Assembly: GCF_009914755.1 (NCBI RefSeq)
Contig: NC_060926.1
Length of the DNA stretch: 64,000 nt
Reading direction: 5' to 3' (one strand)
Source of the DNA: the human T2T-CHM13v2.0 reference genome, Homo sapiens
Below, piece by piece: positions 30,420 to 45,899 of the stretch (position 1 is the first letter of the stretch; the number at the start of each line of letters is the position of its first letter). The notes under the pieces were generated by a model. That model had not been told where the DNA came from, ran no database searches, and saw only the letters and a program-made list of their open reading frames with translations. A program made the translations under genes and the position numbers.

Positions 30420-30683
30420 CTTTTTTTTTTTTTCTGTCACCCAGGCTGGAGGGCAGTGTCACGGTCATAATTCACTGTAGCGTCAAACTCCTGGCCTCAA
30501 GTGATCTCCCAGCTAAGACTCCCAAGTAGATGAGAGTACAGGTGCATGCCACCATGCCTGGCTAATTTTTTTTAATGTTTTATTTTATTTTATTTTATTT
30601 TTTGAACTCCTTACCTTAAGCAATCCTCCTGCCTCAGCCTCCCAAGGTGCTGGAGTTATAGGTGTGAGACACCCATGCCTGGC
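30420..30683 (-). mobile_element. AluJ (internally deleted)
   Basis: AluJ motifs; TSD ttctaatcttt-like. Confidence 0.8.
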
Positions 30684-31557
30684 TTCTAATCTTTGTATCT
30701 CTATCATCTAGCACAGTGTCTGGCAAATAAAACATGTTCCATTAATGTTTGCTAAATAAACGATGAGAAAAAAAGAGAATGTAGCGGAGGTCTCGAGAAG
30801 ACTGCATATTGTTGCAGAATGGAGAATTTCCCAGAGCCGTTAGAAATGGCCATTTGAAGGCATTTATTCAGCATCTGCTATGTGTTTGGCATTCCACATA
30901 CATTTGCTTATGTAAATCTCATATCAAAACTGAAAGATAGGTATTTTTCTGCCCAATTTGCAGATCAGCAAAATTAAGATCAGCAGGATTACAAAAATTT
31001 ACTCAAGGTCATAGTAGGCAGTGGTAGAGGCAGGCTTTGACTCCACAACTGATTAATTAATTTGGCATTCAGATCTTTAGGAAGATTCTTCAAGGACGAC
31101 TAGATTCTCTACAACCAGAGTTGGGTTGGGCAAGTAAAGGTGGGGTGTGGATCAGGACGGAGTAGCAAGTGGTCCAGGCTAAAGAAAGAGCATGAGCACA
31201 GAGCTGGGGAGAGTCGGGGAAATGGCACAATCCTCACACTTATTGTGCCTGTGACCTGGCTTTTCCCCAAGACATAATCTTTTGCACATTTTTTTTTTGA
31301 AGCATCTCTCACGGGCCAAGCAGTAGGGTAGGTGTTGAGGGAAGAACTGAATCTGATGGGGCCTTACCTTGTGTTCCAGGGGCTACTAGCCTGGGGGAGA
31401 TACATAAGCAGAAAGCATAAGTACTAAATTAGAGTGTGTCTAACACACAATAGCAGCACAGCAGAGGAAGAAAAAATAATAACTGAATTAGTTGTAAACT
31501 ACAGGTGCTTTTCCACATCTGCCTGTGAGGCAGCTATTTCAAGAATACTTTATAGAA

Positions 31558-31971
<414 letters not shown>

Positions 31972-32299
31972 CTACATCCTTGGCTTTGTCCACCATGGCC
32001 TTACATTGATATACAGTCACAGTTCTGAGCACAGAAATTCTGGTATTTCCCAGTTCCAGCCCTGTTTTTGTGTATGCTTCCTGGGGCAAAATGGTGCTAG
32101 GGCAGAATGGGGCATGGGCTTTGGGACTTTCAAGTTAGGGCTGAAGACTATACTTCCCAGGGATCATTTTTAAAGTTAGGGCTGAAATATTAGGCCAACT
32201 GCACAGGTGTGCTTGAGCAATCCTGAAAGCCCTCATCTGTCAGAAGATATTTTACTTCCCTTCTACTTGAAAATGTCCTCTCCAGAGGTCCGTGAGGAA

Positions 32300-32498
32300 A
32301 TGACCATATCCACTAGGGCTTTCTGTGATGATGGAAATGTTCCACATTGTTCCATATGGTGGCCACTGCCCCATGTGGCCACTGGCACCTGAAATGAGGC
32401 TGGTGTGTCTGAGGAAGTGAATTTCAATTTAATTTAATTTAATATAATTTGTAATTTAAATAGCCACATAAGTAGTTGCTACCATATTGGATAGCCCA
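32300..32498. mobile_element. MER3
   Basis: ttctgtgatgatggaaatgttcca...gctaccatattggatagc. Confidence 0.75.
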
Positions 32499-32537
32499 GG
32501 CAAAGAAACTAAAATTGTAGATATCATTGAGTCCAGT

Positions 32538-34000
32538 TGCTATGGTCAGAAGGTTTGTGTTCCCTCAAAATTCACATGTTGAAACCTAATCTCCAATGTG
32601 ATCATATTCGGACATGGGGCCTTTGGGAGGTGATTAGGTCATGAGGAAAGATTGCCCAGGAGTGGGATTAGTGCCTAAGCCAAAGGGAAGAGCCAAGCTG
32701 AGAACCGCATCATGCAAACCTGCCTCCCATTCTGTTCCTAAATAAGATAGCTACAACGTTAAAAAGCTACATGCTTCCTCCACATTTTCCCCACAGGAAA
32801 TTCCCTGTGGGCCCCAAGATCTTTACCCTAAAATAGTTCTGTTGAATTTCACCTGGACAATGTAGATTGACAGCTTATCTTCATAGGTATGGACAGGACA
32901 TAGACAAAGGACAGAACTCAGTCATCCCTCTGCTCACCTGAGACAAATGCATAGCTGATGGCCTCCTCTGCCATGTTTATTTTATCTTATGTAAAAGTGC
33001 AGATTCACTGAGCTAGGTGAATGCATAAGTGACTATTCCTCTACCCGCCTCTTCTGTGTGAACGGCTGATCAAAGGCTCAAAAGAATGCAACCACTTAGC
33101 TCTTATCTATCAACACCTTTTAAAAATTTCTTCCCCCTTCCCCAATATCTGCCCTTTCCCCTTTAAATATTGAAGCCCTCAAAATCATCTTCAGAGAAAG
33201 GTATAGACCTGTCTCTTAGGCATTGTCCTTAACCTTGGCAAAATAAACCTCTAAATTGATTGAGACCCGTCTCAGATACTTTTTGGTTTATGATGACCAT
33301 CTGTATTAGTCAGAGTTTTCTAGAGGGACAGAACTAATAGGATAGATTTATATATGAGGGGAAGTTTACTAAAGAGTGTTGACTCACACAATCACAAGGT
33401 GAAGTCCCACAATAGGCCGTTTGCAAGCTAAGGAGCAAGGAAGCCAGTCCGAGTCCCAAAACCTCAAAAGTAGGGAAGCCAACAGTACAGCCTTCAGTCT
33501 GTGGTTGAAGATCCAAGAGTCCCAAAGCTGGAGAACTTGGAGTCTGATGTTCAAGGACAGGAAGCATCCAGCATGGGAGAAAGATGGAGGCCAGAACACT
33601 CAGCCAGTCTAGTCTTTCCATGTTCTCCTGCCTGCATTTTATTCTGGCCACACTGGCAGCTGGTTAGCTGGTGCCCACCCAGATTGAGAGTGGGTCTGCC
33701 TTTCCCAGTCCACTGACTCAAATGTTAATCTCCTTTGGCAGCACCCTCACAGACACACACCAGGAACAATACTTTGCATACTTTGTGGCTATTTAAATTA
33801 ATTGCATCCAATTAAGTTGATGCTCAATATTAACCATCACATTATCTATGAACCAGGAAGCAAAGTGGACCTTCACTGGACACTGAATCTGCCAGTGCCT
33901 TGATTTTAGACTTCCCAGCCTCCAGAACTGTGAGTTTCTGTTGTTTATAAGCCCACTCAGTTTACAGTGTTCTGTTATAGCAGCCTGAACAGACTAAGAC
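32538..34000. mobile_element. Nested LTRs: MLT1A/MSTD-like (+, 32538-32675 and 33842-34000) interrupted by a MER4-group LTR (+, about 32676-33291) and MLT2A1/2 (-, 33302-33841)
   Basis: MaLR ends tgctatggt.../...gactaagaca; MER4-type tail aaaataaacctctaaattgattgagac; MLT2A tgtattagtcagagttttctagagggacagaac...attaaccatcaca. Confidence 0.8.
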
Positions 34001-35528
34001 ACCAGTGGTATTCTAAGCGTGGTCTGTGGACCTCAGCATTGCCATCACCTGCAAGCTCATTAAAAATACAAATTCTCTGGTCCTGTGCAGATCTACTGAA
34101 TCAGAAACTGAAGGTTTGGGTGTACTCTGCAAGGCACTGGCCCAGTCCAACTCCTTATTTTCCAGATAAGGAAACTGCCCCCTGCCCCCTCTTCTGATAC
34201 CCCTATATTACAGCCAAGTTAACTTTTCTAATGCAGTGTTTTGGGATTGAGGGCTTAGAACAAATACCAAAGGGCACCACTTGTCTCAGTCATTTTATGC
34301 CACTATAATAGAATACATTGGCTCACAGTCCGGAGGCTGCAAAGTTCAAGATCAAGATGCTGGCATCTGGTGAGGGCCTTCTTGCTGCATCATCACACTT
34401 ACTGCTTCATCACATGAACATCTCCCATTGGGCCCCACTTCCCAGCACTGTTGCATTGGAGATTAAGTTTCCAACACATGAATTCTGGGGGGCACATTCA
34501 AACTATAGCATCATTGTAACCTAATATTTGCTAGATGTTCCAACTCTCTATCTATACCTCTCGCTCCAGCATAGGCATTCTTAGATCTTACAGATTGTTC
34601 TGATAGGTAAAGGTGGATGGGGTGATGGTGCAGAGAATGTAGGAAGAGGAGTCAAACTGGAGGCAAGAAGAACGGTTAGGATGCTGCCATAGTCACCGAA
34701 CAAATAGCCAAACTGTGTTGGGGCTGTGAAAATGGAGAGGGAATAGACTCAAGAGAGGGAAACATAGAAAGAACAGAGTTTGGAGGCTGTTTGGATTCGA
34801 GGGAATCCATTGGCCTGACAATGGCAATTTGGGTGCTTGAAGTTTAGGCATGGATCATTCAGGGAGCGTGAGTGAAGCAACGTGGGGCAAAACCAGAGGA
34901 TGGAACCCAGAGGAACACCCAAATTTAAAGGCCTAGGCCAGGCATGGTGGCTCACGCCTGTAATCCCAGCACTTGGGGAATGCTGACAGGGATGAGATGC
35001 AGACAGCTAATGGAGGAGGGGATGGGAGATGAGAGAAAGGACCCCACCTCCCAAGTGACGGGAGGAGGGGAGAAAAGTGTGAGGACAGATGCAGGTTAAT
35101 TTGTAAGGTGCTTTGGCAGGAAGTTGAGGGAATTCTTATTCTGTGAGGGAGGAGCAAAGGTCATTGGCTGACAGTAAGGTGAGAGGGTAGAATTGGAGAT
35201 TTGAGAGACAGCAGGTGCTCAGCACATATTTATGGATGGGCAGATGGATGGGGAACAGTAGAGGAGACTGACTTGGGAAACATGACAAGATTGTGGGGCC
35301 TCACCAGAGATTATCTGTGCCTGTCTGTGGCTATCTCACAGGATCTCTAAGTACACATCCTCCCATGATAACTGGAGTAGGGAGAGGCACTTGTGAAGCA
35401 TGGCAGAGGAGAAAGAGTGACAGCAAGGATTGTTCCCCGTCAGTTTTCTGTAATATGTAATAGTCTGGGTCCTAGAACCTTAGAGCAGGAAGAGATATTG
35501 AGTATACCCTCTTACTTTACAGGGGAGG

Positions 35529-36093
35529 TGTAGTAGTCTGCTCTCACAGTGCTATAAAGAAATACCAGAGACTGGGTAATTTATAAAGAAAGGAGGTTTG
35601 ATTGGCCCATGGTGGCACAGGCTGTACAGGAAGCATGGTGCTGGCATCTGCTTGGCTTCTGGGGAGACCTCAGAAGACTTACAATCATGGCGGAAGGTGA
35701 GGGGAAGCAGGCGCATCACATGACCAGAGCAGGAGAAAGAGAGTGAGTGAGGGGCAAGGTACTATACACTTTTAAACAACCAGATCTTCTGAGAACACAC
35801 TCACTGTCATGAGAACAGCATGAGAATCTTATAGCATTTCCCAGGTCAGTCCCCTCTACTGTTCGCCATCCGTTCACCCATCTATAAATCTGTGCTGATT
35901 GCCTGCTGTGTCTCCCAAATCTCCAATTCTACCCTCTCCCCTTACTCCCCGCCCATGACCCAAGGGGACGGCGCTAAACCATTCATGAGAAACCCACCCC
36001 AATGATTCAGTCATCTCCCCAGGCCCCACCTCTTACATTGGGGATTACAATTCAAGATAAGATTTGGGCAGGGACACAAATCCAAAGCATATT
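35529..36093 (-). mobile_element. MSTA/MSTB LTR carrying a 140-bp non-LTR insertion at 35821-35960
   Basis: MST text on both sides; the consensus gagaacagca|ccaagggg is split by the insert. Confidence 0.85.
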
Positions 36094-37985
36094 AGTAGGA
36101 AACTGAGAACAGCGGTCAAATGACTTGCTTAATGTCCATAAGATGGTCCCTATCAGAGCTGCCACATGAACGCTGGTCTTATTCTTCCCAGATGAGTCCA
36201 ACTTTTATGAAGGGCCCGGAACAAACACACTTGGCAGGAGAGGAGTGTGGAAGAGATGGGAGGATGCAGAAAGAGGAGGGTGGAGTGGCATGAGCAGATG
36301 AGCCCAGGCTGGAGTGTGTCCAGCACCAACTCCAATTATCCCTCATGGCAGGTAACCTCATCTTTAGGACTCTCAGTGTCCGTATTTGTAAACTCAAGGT
36401 AAACATACATGCAATTGTGTTGTATGAGAGATAATAGGTGTCAAGTCCGTAGTGCAAAATCCATCTTCAATGGTCACTCAAGCTTCACAGTTTCACAGGA
36501 GCCATTTCTAATCGAGTCTTGAAGCTCTCTACCCCAGTGACTAAGAATGCTTCTAAAATGACATCAAATGGAACAAAGAGAGGTGCGGTGAACACTTTGT
36601 CCTGAGGTTTTGTTCAGAACTTGACAGGTTATCCAGAGGGCTCCCAAGATGGTAGCTCATGGAGGCTTTCATTGGTCCCAGCACATGGATTCAGTCTCTG
36701 CACTTAGCAACAGTATCTGCCTCCTGCTTTGGAAAGAAAACAAAAAGGTAACCCTGTAGTCAAAGACACCCACGACAGCAAATCCCCATGACAGCCTGTC
36801 CACAAAGAGCTGCGGGAAAGATGAGCTATTGCTGTCCGCCTCAGTGAACTCCAATGAGAGGGTGACAAAGGGAAGGGGATGGGCATGGGGGCTTGTCAGC
36901 TCTGCCTCCAAAAAGCATTTCAGCCTCCTCCTTGCCCTCGATTCCCGCTGCCCGCTACTGCCCTCCTCATCATTGTTCCTGGACTGTCACAGCTGCTTCC
37001 TAATTCATCTCCCTGTCTTTGGTCTCTCCACTGGCTCTCCACTGTCACTGTCAAAGAGCTGCTTTTTTCTTGTCTTTTCTTCTTCTTATTTTTTATTTTT
37101 ACTTTTTGCAGCTGTTGACCTCACATTGCCAGAGAAATCATCTCAAAATGCAGATCTGACCTCATCCGTCCTCTGATTGAAATCTGTTGTGTACCTTGTT
37201 TTATACTCCTTGTTAGTGTTTTCCCCTGTAAACTGGCCGCTTGCCTGCCTGGTGGTCTCCCCATCACGCTGCCGGCTGCTGGAGGGTTGCAGCTGTTTCT
37301 GAACACTCAGGAGCCCCTGGCCACCACCTTATCATGGACTACTTGGTGCATTGCACTCTCTCTGGTCCAGTCACACTAATATTCACACAATTCCTCCAAA
37401 GCTTTTCCTCACTACTGAGTCTCCTCATGTTTTCTTTGCCTAAAACATTATCCCTTTGCTGCTTCCTCTAGCAAACTCCTTATCCTCATTTTGGACATCA
37501 TTCGCTCAGGGAAACCTTCCCTGGACACCCAGATGAGGCTAGCACCCCAGCTTCCTCCCTGTAGGTAGCTCGATGACCCCAGCAACCTGGGCAAATGACA
37601 ATAATGATGTTTCACTGTCAACACGTGCATTACATTATAAATAACTAAATTGAATTTGAAAAAGAGAATCTTAACTATGCTGACTTTGAAATATGAAGCA
37701 AAACATGATGACAAAATGTAATGTTTTGTCTTAAATCTTCTAAGTAAATATTACAAAGGATTTTGTTTTGATTCAGCCTATCAAATTATTGGTAAGTTTA
37801 GCAACTTCTATTTTCCCTCCTGCTTGAATTATATGCTGAATAATAATTTTTTTAGTATTGCTTAAATACTATTGATTCAAATTAGTTTTGTTTTGTAGAA
37901 AAAATAGTTAGCCTTGGGAATTCTCAGAAATGAAAATAGTAAGGAAAACGGAATACTCGCACTCAAGTTGTGATAATGATGATAA

Positions 37986-38651
<666 letters not shown>

Positions 38652-39194
38652 TTACCAAAGTTTCATTGGTAATAATTCAGATGAATCATTTCAATTTTTC
38701 TTTTGCATTTTCTGTGGTAGGGGTATATATTACAAAAATTCATTTGAATTAATTGTGTTGAAAGAGGAATACAGTCAACAAGCTTAAAATCTTTTGTTTT
38801 GCTAAGTAGTCATGTATCATTTACATAATTAAAAAAATTACAGTACCTTCTCCTAAAATAGAAAGAAAGTAGTCAAATATCAGAGAATTATCACATCATA
38901 TTGGCTTCAGGCTCATGATACCAAGAAATTTTAAATATCATTAGACCTTGGAGAAATTTTGGTCAAGGCAAATTACACAAACAAAAAAACTTTAAATTTT
39001 TTTTTGAAGAGGTATATTTACATGGCTCAAAATTCAAAAGACACAAAAGAGTAACAGTGAAAAATCTCCCTTTCACTCTTGTCTCTCGGCAGTAATGTCC
39101 TCTCTTTGGAGACTATCATTGTGTTGGTTTCTCAGATATTCTTGCAGAATATTTATGCAAAAATGTTCATCTACGTTATCCTTCCCCCTTTTAG

Positions 39195-39633
<439 letters not shown>

Positions 39634-40173
39634 TAAATTAACCATGCTGTACCCCAAGACTGGACACTTAGGTTATTTCCGATATTTTGCTACTATAAAT
39701 AACACTGAATATAGAATAATCTTGTGCAGATGTTACTTCATTTAAGGTTGAGTATTTCTAAAAGATAAATGGCTAGAAATGAACTACCAGGTCAGAGATA
39801 CATGCATTGGTGATTTTGATCATTGGCAATTGCCAAATTGTCCTCCATAGATTATCCTACCAATTTACCTTAACTCTTTCTAGCAAGAGATAAAGGTATG
39901 GAACTATGATAAAGCAAATAAATTTTCACTCAGCTTTTAAGAAACAGCATTGTTCATTTGTATTAACACATTTCTCCAACAAAAGAATCCACATTCTTTT
40001 GGATAGAAAGAAGCTCTATATCAAAGGCTGCTAACTGCCAGAACAGTAGTTTTCTTTGCTGGTGCTATTAAAGGTTTTCAATCATTTTAGCTTAAAGTCT
40101 GACGTGGTACTGAAATGTATATATGAATTTTGGGACACATTACAATCATTCAAGTATATTATATATGTATATA

Positions 40174-40490
40174 GGCTGGGTGTGGTGGCTCATGCCTGTA
40201 ATCCCAGCTACTTGGGATTACTTTGGGAGGCTGAAGCGGGCCAATCGCTTGAGCCAGGAGTTTGAGACCAGACTGGGCAACAAGGCAAAACCCCATATCT
40301 ACAAAAAATACAAAAATTAGCTGAATGTGGTGGTGCATGCCTGTACTGCTAGATACTTGGGAGGCTGAGGTGGCAGGATCAATTGAGCCCAGGGGACCAA
40401 GGCCACAGTGAGCCATGATGCCACCACTGCACTCCAGCCTGGGTGACAGAGTGAGACTCTGTCTCAGAAAACAACAAACACACAACAAAA
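40174..40490 (+). mobile_element. AluJ
   Basis: AluJ diagnostics. Confidence 0.85.
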
Positions 40491-41130
40491 CATGTATATA
40501 ATGTACCTCGTGTATATTACACACTATCACGTGCCTTAAAGAATGAAATCCCAAGAGGTGTTCTTTGGAGAAAAAGAGAAATCGGATGACGAGGTTAAGT
40601 GTGATGGGTACAGACATCCACTGTGATATTGTTTTCTACCCTTTGTGTTTTCTTGTCCTATGTAATTTGTTCTGTAACTGCCATTAGAGATCAAGAAGGT
40701 GGTCCTTAAATGTTGCTACACACCTGACAGAAAGGTGTGTTTCTATGTATGTTATTGGAACAACAGAGTTTCTTCCCATTCAAACGTTTATATAATTTCA
40801 TCTTCTTTGGTTATTGGGAGCCCAGGTCTAGTGTGCACCCACACTGCACCCAGATTTTTAAAGAAAGTTCCATCAGAGGTGAATTACTACCTTCTATTCT
40901 TGAATTCTATGCAAATACTATCTAGTTTGTTAGATAATGTCTTCTTGATTATTAAATGTTCACGTCTCATGCACTACCCCATGAACTATATTGGTTGCAT
41001 CAAATTCATTTTGCCCCCCTGATTCCTTCCTCTGTTTTATCTAATATTTAATGTCAACCAAGATGCTTTTGGTAGTGCTGCTACCAGCTGGTCAATCATT
41101 TGCAAATGTGTAGTGAAGTCAAAGTGCTCT

Positions 41131-41144
41131 CCACCAGGTGGCGC
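41131..41144 (+). promoter_or_regulatory. CTCF consensus site CCACCAGGTGGCGC
   Basis: Perfect match to CCASYAGRKGGCRS in unique sequence between the two CpG islands. Confidence 0.7.
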
Positions 41145-41399
41145 ACTTTCACCTTAGGGAGTCCATTGAATGGAGCCCTTGAATTTTGGGTGACCAGTAT
41201 TCCTGATAAGATCCAGGTGAGGATCTTATCCCCTCCCTTACCCCCTCCCTTGGTGGGGAGAGGGGTGCAGTTGGATTTGAGTTCAAGGTTTCTAATGAGG
41301 AAATGCCACATCTAGGCTTCAGATTTACTACTGATCAAGATGGAGTTTAGTATTTCTGGTCTAAACCTCACTCAGAAACAAGCCAAACCCAAACCTTAC

Positions 41400-42133
<734 letters not shown>

Positions 42134-42488
42134 CCTTCCCATCCACATTTTGGGACAATTTAAGCAAGCTAGGTGGAGGGGTGTGAAAATGTGTGGATGG
42201 TAGAAAGAAAAAGGTATGAGAAGTGTTGGGTCTGCACAAAACAGAAATACAGGTGCAAACAGACCATATGTATCCAGCAGAGAACTGTTTGTGCGACAAA
42301 GCGTGTTTGTGGGTGAGAGTATGGATATGTGTGAAAAAGAGCCATGTGTATGCTTGAAGCACGAGTACTGCATGCATTTAAGGAAGTAGATATGTGTACG
42401 GAATCAACATGCATAGCACATGCACCGTTACGTAAGACACGTAAGGGGGAAATGTGTGTGAGAATGTGTATGTGTGAGGGAGAGAACA

Positions 42489-42489
<1 letters not shown>

Positions 42490-42531
<42 letters not shown>
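42490..42531. repeat. (TG)n(AG)n microsatellite
   Basis: Direct reading. Confidence 0.9.
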
Positions 42532-42532
<1 letters not shown>

Positions 42533-43235
42533 TTCTTTAGGATAATGCTGGCAAAGACACAAAGGTCAGAAGAGAGCCGCCTCTAACTGCTTTGCCCACC
42601 CCGCCGTTTTTGGGGAAGGCCTCTGCTTATTGAATGGGCTTGGAGAGAGACGGCTCCTTTGCAAGTTACAGGTTGGCCACCAAAGTTTTTTAGCTCGGCC
42701 CCATTCTTGTCAACATTTTAAACCGGGCTAATTCAGCTCATTTAAGAAACTATCTTGAAATGACTTTTCCAAGTTTTGGTTCAAGTTCAATAAAGACATA
42801 AAACAAGTGGGTCAGGTTCCAGGAAAAACATAATCATTTGTACTTGTGTGCTTGTATTTAAATCAATGAACTAGGAGCGGGGAGGTGATTCATTAAATAA
42901 GAAAATAATAAACAACTTTTCATCGAATCTCATTTCTTTTCTTAGCTGAGAAAAGAATTACATTAATTAGTTCTACCAACTAATGAATTCTTAGTTGGTA
43001 GGAGTTTATGCATTTCTAAAATTCATTATAGATATTCAAAAATAGGATTAAATGGTTTCTCTCAAAGTCATTGTATTAATTAGTTAAGGTATGGGACATC
43101 TTCCTAGGAATTTTTCCCTCAGTGTAACATCATATTCATTTTGATTCTTCTGTTGAGCCAAATTACACTTTTGTCATGATTGAAAGATTGCCTATTTAAA
43201 GAAAGGAATTCATTTATGTAATGAATTATTCTATA

Positions 43236-43600
43236 GCAGGAGTGGGAAATCTAACTATAGCCCAGGGGCCAAATCCATTCAGTTGACTAAGTTTTGCTTT
43301 TTATTTTTGTTTTACAGTCCAAGTAAGTATATTTTTACATTCTCAAAAGGTTACATTTAGGTGGGGAGCAGGGGCTCGTGCCTGTAACCCCAGCATTTTG
43401 GGAGGCTGAGGCAGGATAATTACTTGAGGCGAGGAGTTCCAGACCAGCCTGGGTGACAAGAGCGAGACCCCCTATCTCTAAAAAAAAAAAAAAAAAGTTA
43501 CATTTTAAATGGTTTATGTAAGCCTCAACTCTGCATCCTAGAAGGCAATGCCTAAAATATTGGCCTCTTGCCGTTTAAGAAAAATTTGCTGACCTCTGTT
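43236..43600. mobile_element. MER58-like element with a FLAM/Alu left monomer inserted (43361-43496)
   Basis: gcaggagtgggaaatctaactatagcccaggggccaaatcc...aaaatttgctgacctctg. Confidence 0.65.
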
Positions 43601-45899
43601 CTATGGGATTTTATCTGCTTGGTAAGACACAGCTGTCAAAACGTAAAGAGGAAAAAATGTAAGGACATTTTTCACAGTGATTATTGGTTTAGCAGTTGCA
43701 GTAAGTAACCCAAACCATAGAGCAGACATTTGGGCTAATGTTAATTCAACATCATTATTCTGCACGTTTTTACTAGAGTGGCTGAAATGAGCTATACCCT
43801 AGAAAGATAAATGCAGTTCAAGAATGCTCACTGCAGTCTTCTTTATAATCTCAACTCAAATGTCTATCAACAGAAGAATGTATATATGACTTGTGCCCTA
43901 CTCATACAACGGAATGCTATTTAATAGTTAAAATGAATAAACTAGAGCTATATGGATGATCAGATGGATCTTATAATCTTGAGCAAAACAAGACAAACCG
44001 ACCGGGTTACAGAATGAAACAGGAACACACAGGAAGTTGTAAAAATCTTCTGTATGACTTATGAACACACGCATATGCAGTAATAGTATAAAAACAGGAA
44101 TGGGATGCTTTGGAAGAGTACTCGGGGTGACATGAGGAAGGCTTCCAGGGGCTTTAACTGTATTGCAATATTCATGTCTTAAACATTTGAAGCAAGTGTG
44201 GCCCGATGTTAGGATTGGCTTGTTCTTGAGCACATGGGCTCTTTACATTACTCTCCTAGTTTAGCGTGTGTTTGAAAATTTCACAATGAGAAAAGTCAAA
44301 TGCGGGTGTTTGAGCTATTTCATGATGAGAAAAGGAAAATGAGGGTGCTGCCAATCAGAGTATGGCGAGCTGCAGGGGTTCACTCACGATGCACTTTTAC
44401 TGAGGACCTGTGTGCTGGCAGGTGCTGGGGGCTATAACCTCACTCCCGGCTTCTTTTGTTTAACCGCCCAGATTCGTGAACTGTGACTTTTCAGGGTGTT
44501 TTCAAAGACAGTGGCTGTTAGGCCCAAGGCCCCACTGTGGGTCCTCGGGGTGAGTGGCAGGGGGCCCAGGGACGGTTTCCTGACTCCAGTTCTGCTTCTG
44601 GCTGCCTCCTGAAAACACAGGGGCCTGTCTTTTTATTAAAAAGAGAGAGAGAGAGAAAGAAAAAAAAAGAAATCTCTAGTTCTCTTTGTTTCTTGTCTCA
44701 GCTTCTTTGCTAGGGGCCACCTCAGCAGCAGCCGCCAGTGAGGACTGAGGGACTCATTTGAGGTTCGTTCATTTCTTCCTTCCTTCACTCATTTTTTCCG
44801 ACCTGGCTGTCACCAGGAAAAGCTGGCCGGGTTCCACCCGCAGGGGTCCATCGTTCCAGAATCTTCCTTTTCCTCTCTTGACCTCAGGCTGGGCCCTCAT
44901 GGACCGCTCGCCGACCTCAGCTGTTGGGGACCGGGTCCCTCAATCTCCGCGTCCTGAGCGGTCGGCGGCGGTGGGGAGAGGGCGGCGGGTGCCCCCGGTC
45001 ACCGCGCTCGGTCGGGCTCAGTCCCGGCGGCCGAGCGTGGGGATCCGGGGGCCCCTGGGGTGGAGTTGTCCGGAAGCCTGGGCTCCACTCCTGCTGCCTC
45101 ACAGCCTTGCCGTGTCCCGTCTGGGCGCCTGCGTTCCCAAGTGACAAAATGACCTCGCTCCTCCGAGGGGTCTCCCAACCTCTGTCCAGATCTTCTTCCC
45201 CGCTAAGTGCCCTGTCACCGGAGGGGATGTCCAGTGTGACCCCGCGGGAATGTCGGGGTGCTTGGGCCCGGGGGTGGGACAGGGCTGCTGCAGGGAGGGC
45301 AGCCCCCGTAAGAGGAGGGAGGACGGCGACACCGCTGAGCGCAGACGGCGCGCGGAGCCGGGGCTGGGCGCTCAGGTGCGAGGTTCCGTCCATCTTTCTG
45401 CACCCACGCAGGTGGGCGCGGGAAGGGACCCGGCAGCCGCCAGGGCAGGGTCAGCTGGCGGGGCAGCCCCGCACGGTGACCCTCCTTGGGTCGCGGGGAG
45501 CCGGGCACGGGAGTGGGGGAGCGCGTCTTTGTTGGGGAGGAGGGCGGGCGGGACAGGGTAAGACTGGGGTTGCAGGCCCGGGGCGCGAACCCGGGTGGGA
45601 GGGCGCAGGGGGCTCCCCTCTGTCCCTGTCACCTCCACCCATCGCTGGCCGCCGCTAGGGGTTCCGGCCCCGCGCCCTCCCCCGACCCTTCCCCGGCGGA
45701 GGTCCTGGGGCGGCCAAGCCCACCGCCCGGCCCTCCTCCGCGGCCGTCCCGAAGACCCGGAGAAGTGGACCGCAGGGGGCGGCCAGTGTCAGGGGTCGAG
45801 TCCTCCGCGCTGGCCGCGGTTCCGGAGATCCGGGCTTTGCCGAGCGCCCCGCGCCGTGGCCGGGGCCGGGGCCAGGTCCGGGTGCGGGGCCTGGCGCTG

